Source: a virus. From it: a DNA stretch of 64,000 nt. The translations under genes and the position numbers were made by a program. The notes beneath the pieces were generated by a model that did no database searches, had not been told where the DNA came from, and saw nothing but the letters and a program-made list of their open reading frames with translations. The first letter of the stretch is position 1; every line of letters begins with the position of its first letter. The stretch lies in the IMG/VR virus record IMGVR_UViG_3300047510_002509; one strand, 5' to 3'. Shown one piece after another: positions 27,551 to 36,635 of the stretch.

Positions 27551-28594
27551 ATGGAAAACACAAATCTTAGAGAGAGATACAACTCTCTCGGTGGTAGTAA
27601 AACTTTGTGGCAGATGGTTGAAGAAGTTGTTGCTCAGGCAGTATCTGAAACTTCAACAACAAATCTATCTGCACAAGTTGTATCTGCGGGGCGTTATGTT
27701 GCTCGCGCTAGTGGCTCAGATAGAGCGCCACGAAAGTCAAAGCAAGTAATTTCCGTAGATAGCATGGAAGGTGAAGAGTCTTACGAAAGACCAAATGGCG
27801 AAATGTATTTTGGTCGCATGTGGGGCGAACACTCAGATGTGATGGCACTTCGCAAAGCGAGAGAAATGACTATGAAGTCTTTCTCAGGTGAAGGTGGCTC
27901 TCCAATGTTTGCACTTATCTATGGCGCTCCGGGTTGCGGTAAAACTGCGATGGTTGAAGCCGCTTTTGGTGATGATGTTGTCACACTCATTGGAACAGGT
28001 GACACCGAAGTTGCTGACATGGTTGGTGGTTATGTTCAAACTCCAAGTGGTGGTTTCGATTGGGTTGATGGTGGTTTAGTAGATGCCGCCGTCAATGGCA
28101 AAGTTTATTTCATTGACGAAATTGGTTTGATTGACCCAAAGGTTTTGTCACTTGCTTATGGTTTGATGGACGGACGACGCGAGTTAGTTGTCACCGCAAA
28201 TCCAGAGCGTGGCACTATCAAGGCTCACCCAAACTTCTATGTAGTTGCCGCGACTAACCCAAATGCTCCGGGAGTTCGTTTGTCTGAGGCGTTGCTATCT
28301 CGTTTCACTCTTCAAGTTGAAATGACAACAGATTGGGCGCTCGCAAAAAAGCTCGGAGTTCCAACTGCGATAGTTACTGCATCACAGAACCTTGCTAAGA
28401 AGCAAGTGTCTAATGAAGTTTCATGGTCTCCACAATTCCGTGAGTTGCTTGCTTTCCGAGATGTTGCGAAAACTTTTGGCAATACTTTCGCTATCTCGAA
28501 CCTACTTGCCTCTGCCCCCGAAATAGACAGACCTGTCGTTGCCGATGTGCTGACAAGGGCTTATGGGGAAGAGGTAAAGCCAGCGAAAATCTAA
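27551..28594 (+). CDS. MoxR/CbbQ/CobS-type AAA+ ATPase
   Basis: GAPGCGKT, WVDG.L..A, FIDEI, ATNP, LSEALLSRF. Confidence 0.9.
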   Translation: MENTNLRERYNSLGGSKTLWQMVEEVVAQAVSETSTTNLSAQVVSAGRYVARASGSDRAPRKSKQVISVDSMEGEESYERPNGEMYFGRMWGEHSDVMALRKAREMTMKSFSGEGGSPMFALIYGAPGCGKTAMVEAAFGDDVVTLIGTGDTEVADMVGGYVQTPSGGFDWVDGGLVDAAVNGKVYFIDEIGLIDPKVLSLAYGLMDGRRELVVTANPERGTIKAHPNFYVVAATNPNAPGVRLSEALLSRFTLQVEMTTDWALAKKLGVPTAIVTASQNLAKKQVSNEVSWSPQFRELLAFRDVAKTFGNTFAISNLLASAPEIDRPVVADVLTRAYGEEVKPAKI

Positions 28595-28740
28595 CCCCTA
28601 TGTCGGATTTTCGCTGAGGGGTAGGGGGCGCTTCATGGGTGTCGCGCCCCCCACTTCCCTACTTGACACCCAAAGATGTTTTATTGTATTATTTTCATGT
28701 CGAGGACAACGACATAAAGACAAATGGAAGGAACGACGAA

Positions 28741-30510
28741 ATGGCACACATAAAGGTTTCTGCAACTAGAGCAGAGTCCACTCCCCCTGAGTGGTTAGCA
28801 ACAGGCGCACAGATAGGCGAACTTGTAAACACTTGGTCTGGAAGGTCAGACATAATCGCTTATGTAGGTGAAGGTGCAGGTGGTATCGCACCAGCATGTT
28901 TCAACCCACCATTAGCAGAGGTTGAAGTAAATACAAAGGTCGCGTTTGGTGGCGCAACAACTCCAGCGATGGTTGGAGATTTGAGAGAGCGCAAACAACA
29001 GTTTGAGTTTCCAAAAGCGATAGGTGCAATTTTGCACGAAGCCTTTCACGCAAAGTTTTCTATCTTTGACATGGAAAGTGCATACAAGGCGCTCGCAAAA
29101 GATGAATACGAAGCCTTGATACTTTTGGAAGAGGGTCGTATTGAAACTCAGGGTCTATGGCACATGCCTGAGTCTTTGAACTTTCTACGCGCTTGCGCGA
29201 TGGAACTTGTTATCGCAGATGCAAAAGAAATGGAAGCCAGCACTTCAACAACTCAAACTTGCGCCAGCGCAGTTGGATTGGTCTTGGCTCGCGTTGATGC
29301 GGGGATTGTAGATGCTCATGAAGTTGCAAATGTTGAAAAAGAAGTTTCAGCTTTTTTAGGTGAAGAAGTTATTTCAAAGTTGCGAGAGATTTCTAAAAAC
29401 TTTCGCGAAACTATTATTGACTTTCCAACTCAGGCAGAGACTCACCTTTACCCATTAGCAAAAGAGTGGGCAAAGATTATTCGTGATGTGAAAGAAGAGA
29501 AGGGCGAGAAAGATGAGCAGATGGCTCAGGCTTTCGCGCAGATGATGATGGAAGCGATTAGCGAAGCATCAGAGGAAATGGAAGTTTCAACAGGTATGGC
29601 GCTCGCAGACCAGCAGATGTCAGAAGAGATGGCAGAGGAAGCAAAGTCAAAAGCCAACCAAGCCAAAGAAGAAAACGAAAACAAAGATGTATCAGAAAAA
29701 GTTTTCTCAAAATCCACAACAGAAACAGGTGGAAGCACAAACTCGACTCTAGTAGAAGTTCGTAAGCCAACCAGCGCAGAGCGCATCGCGGCAGTTACGA
29801 TTTCTAAGATGTTAGAAAAAGCAAAGTATCGTGACAGAGATGCGATTGAAATTAGTTCAATTATTCCTCCCGGAAGATTGCGCTCTCGCGCTATTGTTCA
29901 AAATGCCGCGATGAAGTCACGCGGGATTGTCCAGCAGACAGAAGCATGGCGTCGCACAGTTCGTAAGCAGACAGATGAAACAAGTCTTACAGTTGGTGTG
30001 ATGGTGGACATTTCAGGTTCAATGGGAAGTGCCATGAAACCAATGGCGACAACTGCGTGGGTAATGTCAGAAGCAGTTCGCAGAGTGCAGGGTCGTTGCG
30101 CGATGGTTTACTACGGCTCAGATGTTTTTCCAACTTTGAAGGCAGGGCAACACCTTGAAGAGGTTCGAGTCTATTCAGCGATGGATAATACTGAAAAGTT
30201 TGACAAAGCCTTTAGAGCCTTAGATGGCGCACTAAATCTGCTCAATGGTAGTGGCGCTCGATTGCTTGTCATTGTGTCCGATGGACAATACACAGGTGAA
30301 GAGCGTGGCAAGGCTCGCCATTGGACAAAGCGTTGCGCCGAGTCAGGTGTTGCGGTTTTGTGGCTTCCGTTCGACTCAGGGCATTACGCCAAATCACTAC
30401 TAGAAAGTAGCGCGGGTGTAGTAATGTCAGGAGTGCTTGACCCTGTATCGGCTTCCGTCGAGATTGGAAAAACGGCAGAGCGAGTCCTAACAAATGTGGG
30501 CATGCGGTAG
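28741..30510 (+). CDS. vWA-domain protein with N-terminal HExxH metallopeptidase-like domain (CobT-like partner)
   Basis: LHEAFH...LEEGRIE; MIDAS VDISGSM; VSDG. Confidence 0.88.
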   Translation: MAHIKVSATRAESTPPEWLATGAQIGELVNTWSGRSDIIAYVGEGAGGIAPACFNPPLAEVEVNTKVAFGGATTPAMVGDLRERKQQFEFPKAIGAILHEAFHAKFSIFDMESAYKALAKDEYEALILLEEGRIETQGLWHMPESLNFLRACAMELVIADAKEMEASTSTTQTCASAVGLVLARVDAGIVDAHEVANVEKEVSAFLGEEVISKLREISKNFRETIIDFPTQAETHLYPLAKEWAKIIRDVKEEKGEKDEQMAQAFAQMMMEAISEASEEMEVSTGMALADQQMSEEMAEEAKSKANQAKEENENKDVSEKVFSKSTTETGGSTNSTLVEVRKPTSAERIAAVTISKMLEKAKYRDRDAIEISSIIPPGRLRSRAIVQNAAMKSRGIVQQTEAWRRTVRKQTDETSLTVGVMVDISGSMGSAMKPMATTAWVMSEAVRRVQGRCAMVYYGSDVFPTLKAGQHLEEVRVYSAMDNTEKFDKAFRALDGALNLLNGSGARLLVIVSDGQYTGEERGKARHWTKRCAESGVAVLWLPFDSGHYAKSLLESSAGVVMSGVLDPVSASVEIGKTAERVLTNVGMR

Positions 30511-30599
30511 CGCGGTAGCGAAACCCATGAACTCAATAGCCCCCGAAACAAGTGCGTCCTTCCAGCGCGTTGTCCAACTTGTGGCAGGGGCAAAAATTG

Positions 30600-30633
30600 G
30601 AAGCCCCGTCTGAAACCAAGAGGCGGGGCTTTC
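30600..30633 (+). terminator. Intrinsic terminator
   Basis: AAGCCCCGTC...GGCGGGGCTTT. Confidence 0.65.
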
Positions 30634-30667
30634 AACCTAAAAACAAAACGACGAAAGGCGGGTAAAA

Positions 30668-31117
30668 ATGGACGGCATACAACCACTTCTTGACCATGTA
30701 GGTGCAGAGGTCGAGTGGGATAGCGGATTACCGATGCACGAAGATAAACGCGATGCGATGTTTTATTGCGATGGCGGTTCGTCACGATTTGTGGCGAGGG
30801 TAAAAATAGCTGAGTTTGCGGTTGATGTTTATTGCGATGGCATCACCGATGTGCGGGACAGAACAAATGGCGAGCGCTACCGATACGGCGGTGACTTGAT
30901 AATGAACAACTACACAACGGACGAGTTGCTAAATCAGGCAACCGAAAGCGGAGACCTTGATGTTGTCAATAACAGTTGGTTCGATTTGTATTGCGAAGGC
31001 GAACACCTTGATACGGTAAGCCACGATGTGTGGGACGCGCTAAGAGATGCAATTACTTTTCTTCAAACGGAAAAGCAAAACGCTCAGGCGATTGAAAACG
31101 TCGGCGTGGATTTCTAA
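30668..31117 (+). CDS. Acidic hypothetical protein
   Basis: ACGACGAAAGG and GGGTAAAA before the ATG. Confidence 0.75.
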   Translation: MDGIQPLLDHVGAEVEWDSGLPMHEDKRDAMFYCDGGSSRFVARVKIAEFAVDVYCDGITDVRDRTNGERYRYGGDLIMNNYTTDELLNQATESGDLDVVNNSWFDLYCEGEHLDTVSHDVWDALRDAITFLQTEKQNAQAIENVGVDF

Positions 31118-31127
31118 GGGGTAAAAA

Positions 31128-31613
31128 ATGTCGAGAGTTATTCAGTTGATGTTGGTGGAAGCAGAAACAGCAGAAGAAGCGGCGAACCATGTGTCAGGCC
31201 TTCTTGATAATGAAACCCCTACACCCCATTGGTCGGACTACCATGACCTTGTTGATGAGTTTGATGGTAAGAGTGCGGTTGCGTATTCAGAAACCATTGG
31301 TCAGATAAAACTCAAAGAGTTCCTCGCTTATCGCGAAGCTGATCTGAAAAGATACTATGACAGGGTAAAAAATTTCGATCTTGCCAAAGCAGTTGAGAAT
31401 TACGATCCGTTCCGAGCAGGGCATAGTTTTACGGAAGACGATTTCCGAACTTATGAACTACGCAAACTTGCAGGTATCTTGGAAGACAGTTGGACTATGG
31501 ACACAGGCGTCTATGATTTGGAAACTTGGTCAGCAAATCTCAAAGCCTTCAGAGAGCGTTGCCAACTCGCCCCTGAGATGCAATTCCTAGTTGCGGTGAG
31601 TTTCCACCACTAG
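31128..31613 (+). CDS. Hypothetical protein
   Basis: ORF behind GGGGTAAAA. Confidence 0.75.
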   Translation: MSRVIQLMLVEAETAEEAANHVSGLLDNETPTPHWSDYHDLVDEFDGKSAVAYSETIGQIKLKEFLAYREADLKRYYDRVKNFDLAKAVENYDPFRAGHSFTEDDFRTYELRKLAGILEDSWTMDTGVYDLETWSANLKAFRERCQLAPEMQFLVAVSFHH

Positions 31614-31690
31614 GCGACACGCCCAGCAAAATGTCTTTGACAAGATGTCAGGAAAATGCAAGAATACTTTCAACGACGAAAGGAGCAGAA

Positions 31691-31798
31691 ATGCCAAAGA
31701 AGCCAGTAATGATTTACATACATTGTTGGAGATGCGGTGCGCCGTTCTCTATCAAGGAAAGTGATTACACCCATCACGCGGGGTGCGGAAAGTGCTAA
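31691..31798 (+). CDS. 35-aa zinc-ribbon microprotein (not in ORF track)
   Basis: Promoter at 31637, ACGACGAAAGGAG leader; CWRCG...CGKC. Confidence 0.65.
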   Translation: MPKKPVMIYIHCWRCGAPFSIKESDYTHHAGCGKC

Positions 31799-31905
31799 TG
31801 ACTATCTGCGCCAGATGCGGTTGGGCTATCCATCAGGATTTTGGGTGGGTAGATGGGTATGGCTATTTAGATTGCGGTGGCAAGCCCCATGTGCCATCAA
31901 AAGTT

Positions 31906-31971
31906 GTTACCAATTCGTTATCAAAAAGTGCTTGACTTGACTTGACAGATGTCAGGAAGGTCGTGTAATGT
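31906..31971 (+). promoter_or_regulatory. Promoter with upstream GTTAC-N6-GTTAT box and TGTCAGGAA spacer box
   Basis: Box 31906-31921; TTGACA at 31942. Confidence 0.75.
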
Positions 31972-32049
31972 TTTATCTATCAGGGAAACCTGAGAACCTC
32001 TCTGAGGGAGTCTCCGAGAGAAATGACATAAAGATAAGGAGTCTTAGTT

Positions 32050-32412
32050 ATGTCTAAGGCATCAGTTACAAAAGCAGTATCAACCCCAGCAGTTGTTGAG
32101 GTTGTAACCACAGCAGAGGTAAAGGCAGACGCCGTTTATCTCGACAAGGCAACACAGATTGTCATTGACGACTTCATCGCGACTCGCGACATGATTACGA
32201 AGTTGGAAAAGACAAAGAAGGAACTAGAGGCAAAAATCAAGGATTATCTTGGTGAGGCTACTAAGGGACTTCTCCCAGACGGAACTCTCCGTATCGAGGC
32301 GTCAAATCGCGAGCGTCGCGGAATTGACACCGAAGCCCTAAAGACAGCCTTCCCAGAGGCATACGAGGCAACACAGACTCTTAGCAAGTATGTTGTCTTG
32401 GTCGCTAAGTAA
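32050..32412 (+). CDS. Coiled-coil phage protein, possibly DNA-binding or recombination-related
   Basis: K..LE..IK..LG; R..ID...LK..FPE.Y. Confidence 0.7.
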   Translation: MSKASVTKAVSTPAVVEVVTTAEVKADAVYLDKATQIVIDDFIATRDMITKLEKTKKELEAKIKDYLGEATKGLLPDGTLRIEASNRERRGIDTEALKTAFPEAYEATQTLSKYVVLVAK

Positions 32413-32503
32413 GACCTAATCCCCCCATTAGGAGCAAGCCCCTCACCCCTCAGGGGTGGGGGGTTTCTTAGTGGAAAAAAATAAAAGACGAAGAGAGGTA
32501 AAA

Positions 32504-32680
32504 ATGACGAAGAGGTATGTTGTTCAGTATTCAGGTTGGGCAGTTGTAGAAGCCAAAGATGAGAAACAGGCTTCCTATGATGTTGGAACTCTACTTGCCG
32601 ATAGTGGCTTACCGAACGATGGTGGCGAAGGTGAGTGGCTAATTGACGAAGTCGAACTTGAAGAAGAGGACGAAGAGTAG
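32504..32680 (+). CDS. Small acidic protein
   Basis: GAGG SD; V.A.DE..A motif. Confidence 0.7.
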   Translation: MTKRYVVQYSGWAVVEAKDEKQASYDVGTLLADSGLPNDGGEGEWLIDEVELEEEDEE

Positions 32681-32689
32681 TAAGAAGAA

Positions 32690-32727
32690 AAAAAAGCCCC
32701 CGCGAAGATGCGGGGGTTTTCTTTTTG
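32690..32727 (+). terminator. Intrinsic terminator
   Basis: CCCCGC-GAAGAT-GCGGGG followed by a T tract. Confidence 0.8.
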
Positions 32728-32843
32728 CTTAGATGCGGGGTAAAAATTCCAGGAGCTGCGGCAGCAACAGCAAATACCTGCACCAGGTGCAAATAACTTT
32801 TCAATGATGCGCCGCTATTTGGTGACATGAACGAACTAGATGC

Positions 32844-32872
32844 TTGACAAAGATGCAGGAAAGTAGTAGATT
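32844..32872 (+). promoter_or_regulatory. Early promoter with TGCAGGAA box
   Basis: TTGACA-17-TAGATT. Confidence 0.8.
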
Positions 32873-32904
32873 AGTTTTTGTCAGAAGGACGAAAGGACAA
32901 ACAA

Positions 32905-33288
32905 ATGCAAACTCTCGACAAGCAAGTAGTAGAACTCGACTCCAGTTGTGTATGCGCCGAAGAAGATGGCACATGGACAGAGTGTTGGGGTTGTTGGGAC
33001 GACTCGAAGGAACTCTATGCAGAAATGCTAGAGGCTTGGAAGCGTGCCATTAGTTTCGATGAAGGCAAACAAGTAGTGCGGATAGATGGCAGGGCTATGA
33101 CTTGGCTACGCCGTGATGGGTATGCCGTAGTTGAGGCAGACAAGGTTTTAGATGCCTTGCAGATAAATGGCGACTTCCGCTTGGTATTCACACTTGAAGA
33201 AACAGAACTGAAGTGCGTGCGGTATTCACATGATGAGCCAGTAGGTGCGTCGTTTACTTTCTCTGCGATGGAACAGCAAGAAGACTAA
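32905..33288 (+). CDS. Hypothetical protein
   Basis: GACGAAAGGA leader; C.C...C.GCW; SHDEP.G. Confidence 0.75.
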   Translation: MQTLDKQVVELDSSCVCAEEDGTWTECWGCWDDSKELYAEMLEAWKRAISFDEGKQVVRIDGRAMTWLRRDGYAVVEADKVLDALQINGDFRLVFTLEETELKCVRYSHDEPVGASFTFSAMEQQED

Positions 33289-33302
33289 GCACAAACTCCA
33301 GA

Positions 33303-33340
33303 AGACTCCCGTATCGCAAGATGCGGGAGTTTTTCTTTTG
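33303..33340 (+). terminator. Intrinsic terminator, paralog of the one at 32690
   Basis: ACTCCCGTATC-GCAA-GATGCGGGAGT followed by a T tract. Confidence 0.85.
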
Positions 33341-33439
33341 TTGAAGATGCAGCGGATCGCGATCAGTTTTGAGCTAGGGGTAAAAATTTTGTCCTGGCGG
33401 GCCAGGCGCGGATCGTAGATGCAAATAACTTTTCGATCA

Positions 33440-33482
33440 GACCCTGCGGACCTTGTGGTCCCTGCGGACCTTGTGGTCCCTG
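33440..33482. repeat. Tandem repeat with 18-bp unit (9-bp sub-period)
   Basis: (CCCTGCGGACCTTGTGGT) twice plus a partial copy. Confidence 0.85.
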
Positions 33483-33547
33483 TTGCGCTCGCCGACACGC
33501 CAGAAAAATAAACTTGACAAAGTTGCAGGAAGGTGAAATGATTCTTT

Positions 33548-33625
33548 TACACACGGAGTCCAGCAGTGGTCACCTGAACGACTTGAACTCTAGAGGGTCG
33601 GAAACAAGATGTTGCTCCGTGTGTA
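33548..33625 (+). ncRNA. Candidate structured RNA or 5' leader
   Basis: 11-bp closing stem TACACACGGAG/CTCCGTGTGTA starting just after the promoter at 33514-33542. Confidence 0.45.
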
Positions 33626-33646
33626 TCTAAAATGACGAAAGGACAA

Positions 33647-33892
33647 ATGATGGCACAAATGGAAATTACAGAAAAAGAAGCAGAACTATCTGCGATGGGT
33701 ATGGCTATGTTGCTTACCTTTATGCAAGAACAAATCAACAAGCACAAGAACCACAAAGATTATTCAATGGACAAGTTGTTTGCGTTGATGGAGATGTATG
33801 CAACGATTGGTGATTTATGGGTGCGGTATCAAATGATTACTGGACTTACAAGAGAAGAAATTGCAGAGTATCTGCAAGAGCAGGAAGGATAA
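33647..33892 (+). CDS. Hypothetical protein
   Basis: GACGAAAGGA leader. Confidence 0.7.
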   Translation: MMAQMEITEKEAELSAMGMAMLLTFMQEQINKHKNHKDYSMDKLFALMEMYATIGDLWVRYQMITGLTREEIAEYLQEQEG

Positions 33893-33894
33893 AA

Positions 33895-34026
33895 ATGGAC
33901 GACATACTAAGAACTGTTTTGCAAGAGGCGAACCAAATTTGTATTGAGTGCGGAAGAAAGTTTGACTTGTTTGATGAGGAACAAGCAGCAGAGTGGCACG
34001 CTGGACACGATTGTGAGGTGGAGTAA
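33895..34026 (+). CDS. Small zinc-binding protein
   Basis: CIECG..F.L..E..A.EW..GHDCE. Confidence 0.7.
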   Translation: MDDILRTVLQEANQICIECGRKFDLFDEEQAAEWHAGHDCEVE

Positions 34027-34028
34027 AA

Positions 34029-34268
34029 ATGGCAGAGCAGGAGAAGCGCGAGTATCACTTCGTAGTTCGCTACGACGCGGACACAGATGAGTTTGACATG
34101 GACTACGACACTTTGATGGCAAAGTTTCATGACAGTCCTATCTATGACCCTGAAACAGGAGAGTGGATTAGATTGAAGGACACAGACTGGGAGAACGAGG
34201 GAACTAATTACAACAACGCGGGTGACGCAATTTGGGACGCGGTAAAAAATCTGAAGTTAAGGAGTTGA
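34029..34268 (+). CDS. Acidic hypothetical protein
   Basis: Operon ORF with SD. Confidence 0.7.
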   Translation: MAEQEKREYHFVVRYDADTDEFDMDYDTLMAKFHDSPIYDPETGEWIRLKDTDWENEGTNYNNAGDAIWDAVKNLKLRS

Positions 34269-34269
34269 G

Positions 34270-34488
34270 ATGGAAGAAGCGATTGACGAGATAAATCTTT
34301 CTCGAACAGTTTTGTTTGTTGGTGACTACTTCTCAATGATGACAACAGTTGTCCTCGCCGAAGAAAAGCGCGAGAAAGATGAAGATGACGATGAGTTTGC
34401 CATTAGGTTGGCAAAGCAGTTTATGCAGGAGTATTACGGCTGGGACTTAGAAGCAGTATCAAATGAAATAGGGATTGTTGAGGAGTAG
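34270..34488 (+). CDS. Acidic hypothetical protein
   Basis: AGGAG SD. Confidence 0.7.
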   Translation: MEEAIDEINLSRTVLFVGDYFSMMTTVVLAEEKREKDEDDDEFAIRLAKQFMQEYYGWDLEAVSNEIGIVEE

Positions 34489-34688
34489 CGGCGCTCGCAG
34501 CAGTAAATAGAGGGTAAAAATCTGGCTTATTCTAGAACTCCAGCGTCGCGTAGTTGGAGCCTAGCTCGCACGCCGCTGATGAGGCGGGATTGCTACCCCC
34601 TGCCGCACCCTCCTTTGCACCCCCTAGCAGGGGAGGAGTGTCGAGTCCTTCCACATCATCTGCCTGTATGAGGTTTAGTATTGATGGT

Positions 34689-34934
34689 ATGGCTGAGATT
34701 GAAATCCTTGACTCCTCTGTTCACCCAAACCCTGAAGGGGAGAAGTTTGTTGCGGCGTTGATTGATGACGCTAATGATGGTCGAGTCAAGTTGGTAATTA
34801 TGTTTGAGGAAGAAGGCTACACGGCTGTTCTTGACTTGGACTCACTAATTGAAGAAGAAGACATCTCTGCAAAAAAGCACACACATCTAGGCGGCAGATA
34901 CGACGCACTCCTGCGTGACCTGCTCTGGGAGTAA
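34689..34934 (+). CDS. Acidic hypothetical protein
   Basis: Start reassigned to MAEIE. Confidence 0.6.
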   Translation: MAEIEILDSSVHPNPEGEKFVAALIDDANDGRVKLVIMFEEEGYTAVLDLDSLIEEEDISAKKHTHLGGRYDALLRDLLWE

Positions 34935-34937
34935 AAA

Positions 34938-35519
34938 TTGACAACGATGGTTGCGGTTCAAGGACCGACATGGGCTGTTGTTGGCTGCGATAGCCAAGTT
35001 ACTGAAGATAATCGCATTTTTGTTCTTCCAAAAGATAATCCAAAGATTGTGAAGAACGGTCCTTTCTTGTTTGGCGCTGCGGGTGACATGAGAGCAATAA
35101 ATCTTCTTGCTTATCAGTTCAAGCCACCTGCGCCGCCTGTAAGTTGTTCAGTCAGCAGATTAGATAAGTTCATCTCCACAAAGTTCATACCTGAGTTGAA
35201 AACCCTGTTTGATGAAGTTCAGTATGGAGAAAAGGGGACGCAAGATTCAGAAATTCTCTGCGTTGTTCATGGACACATCTACGAAATTGGGTCTGGATAC
35301 GATTGGTGTCGCGATCAGACTGGGATTTACGCGTTCGGATCTGGTGGTCAATACGCGTTGGGATCGCTCTACAACCAGCTAGAGGGTAAAAAATTGTCCA
35401 TCACTGCCGCCCGTGCCGCTGTGCGGCGCTCGCTAGAGGTCGCAACAACCTTAGACCCCAACACAGGTGGGTCGTTCCTCATCACAGTTCAACAAGATGA
35501 GTGCCGTCAGCCCAGGTAA
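34938..35519 (+). CDS. Proteasome-beta/HslV-like Ntn hydrolase
   Basis: N-terminal MTT; DSQVT; K; GAAG; GSG..YALG; D.NTGG. Confidence 0.8.
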   Translation: MTTMVAVQGPTWAVVGCDSQVTEDNRIFVLPKDNPKIVKNGPFLFGAAGDMRAINLLAYQFKPPAPPVSCSVSRLDKFISTKFIPELKTLFDEVQYGEKGTQDSEILCVVHGHIYEIGSGYDWCRDQTGIYAFGSGGQYALGSLYNQLEGKKLSITAARAAVRRSLEVATTLDPNTGGSFLITVQQDECRQPR

Positions 35520-35683
35520 CTTTCGTTCCTGCTCTTCTAAACAACTTTTCTAAGTTCCTGCTGGTGCGTCCCCCATTTGTGATGTTTATCAAATTGTTAC
35601 ATTTTCCTGCATTTTGGACTTGACTTTCCTGCATTTCTGAGTATTGTTATCTATGTAAGGAAAAAACGACGAAAGGAAAGACA

Positions 35684-35857
35684 ATGCGAGGATTACCAGA
35701 TAGTGCGGTGTATGGCACATACAAGCGCATAGCAGGTGGCGGTCGCCGTAAGCCAAAGGCTCAGGTCAGTTTGCTTGAGGTCATTATTGAGTGGCTTGAT
35801 GGCTACGAGGCTCGCGTAAGAGAAGAAGCAAAACTAAGAAAAATTAGAGGCTACTAA
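35684..35857 (+). CDS. 57-aa basic protein (not in ORF track)
   Basis: Promoter at 35620 and ACGACGAAAGGA leader. Confidence 0.65.
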   Translation: MRGLPDSAVYGTYKRIAGGGRRKPKAQVSLLEVIIEWLDGYEARVREEAKLRKIRGY

Positions 35858-35860
35858 GAC

Positions 35861-35890
35861 TTGACAAAGTGCAGGAAGATGTAATAAACT
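35861..35890 (+). promoter_or_regulatory. Early promoter with TGCAGGAA box
   Basis: TTGACA-18-TAAACT. Confidence 0.8.
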
Positions 35891-35924
35891 TATCCAGTAA
35901 GACAAAATGACGAAAGGAAACAAA

Positions 35925-36140
35925 ATGTTTGACAAAGCGATTGAGTTCGTAGGACTAGCAGACACTTCCAAGTGGAAGCAAGAGCGTAAGTATGTAGTTC
36001 GCCGTAATGTGGTGTTCTCTGTCGCGCTCGCGGTTGTGCTATTTGCGGTGTGGCAAGTGTCCACTAATTTGTGGTGGACAGAAAATGGCTACTGCTGGGG
36101 AGATTTGATTTCCTGCAACTTCCCTGAAGAAGGGAAGTGA
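35925..36140 (+). CDS. Small membrane protein
   Basis: One TM segment; LWW...GYCWG...C. Confidence 0.7.
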   Translation: MFDKAIEFVGLADTSKWKQERKYVVRRNVVFSVALAVVLFAVWQVSTNLWWTENGYCWGDLISCNFPEEGK

Positions 36141-36141
36141 T

Positions 36142-36633
36142 GTGGCAAAGGGTAAAAAAGCTGGAACAACAGCGCCGACATGGGACGAATTTGTTGAGTG
36201 CACGCCGATGGTTGATGGGAAGCCACGACCTGAGTTGTTGCAGGAAGGCGAGACCATGTGGCAGAACAGGTTTTATGTTGTTTTTAGAACTTACCTAATA
36301 CCTCATCAGGGACATGATGGACCTATCCATCTAAGCATTAGGCATCAGCAACGCAAGGCGATTAGGGACTGGCGTCATTTCCAGCGCATCAAAAACGAAC
36401 TTGCGGGAGCACAAAGAGAAGCAATAGAGATTTTCCCACCAGAAGCCTTGCTGGTTGATGGTGCGAATCAGTATCACCTCTTCGTTTTGTCGATGGGAGA
36501 TACAACCCCCTTCACTTGGAAATCAGGTCGTGCGGTTTCAGGAGAAGAAGGTGGAGAAGAGTTAGAAAGAAAAATGCGCGACATGGGTTTTGACCCAAAG
36601 CAAACAGTTCAAAGACCAAGAGACGAAGGGTAA
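36142..36633 (+). CDS. Conserved phage protein
   Basis: HLSIR....DWR.FQRIKNEL.G...EA.EI.P....LVD.AN.YHL. Confidence 0.75.
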   Translation: MAKGKKAGTTAPTWDEFVECTPMVDGKPRPELLQEGETMWQNRFYVVFRTYLIPHQGHDGPIHLSIRHQQRKAIRDWRHFQRIKNELAGAQREAIEIFPPEALLVDGANQYHLFVLSMGDTTPFTWKSGRAVSGEEGGEELERKMRDMGFDPKQTVQRPRDEG

Positions 36634-36635
36634 AA

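Noticed and set aside
33363-33554. Collagen-like minus-strand gene
   Set aside because: No SD, antisense to a promoter and motif island, and only four triplets.
33548-33625. Hammerhead ribozyme (GTC, CTGA, GAAAC words) or tRNA
   Set aside because: The core reads CTGAACGA rather than CTGANGA, stems I and III cannot form in the required register, and there is no T-loop or cloverleaf.
34575-34640. CTGATGA hammerhead core, and the 34554 start of the overlapping ORF
   Set aside because: No stem II followed by GAAA. The N-terminal extension is Pro/Ser-rich GC hairpin sequence, so the ATG at 34689 is preferred.
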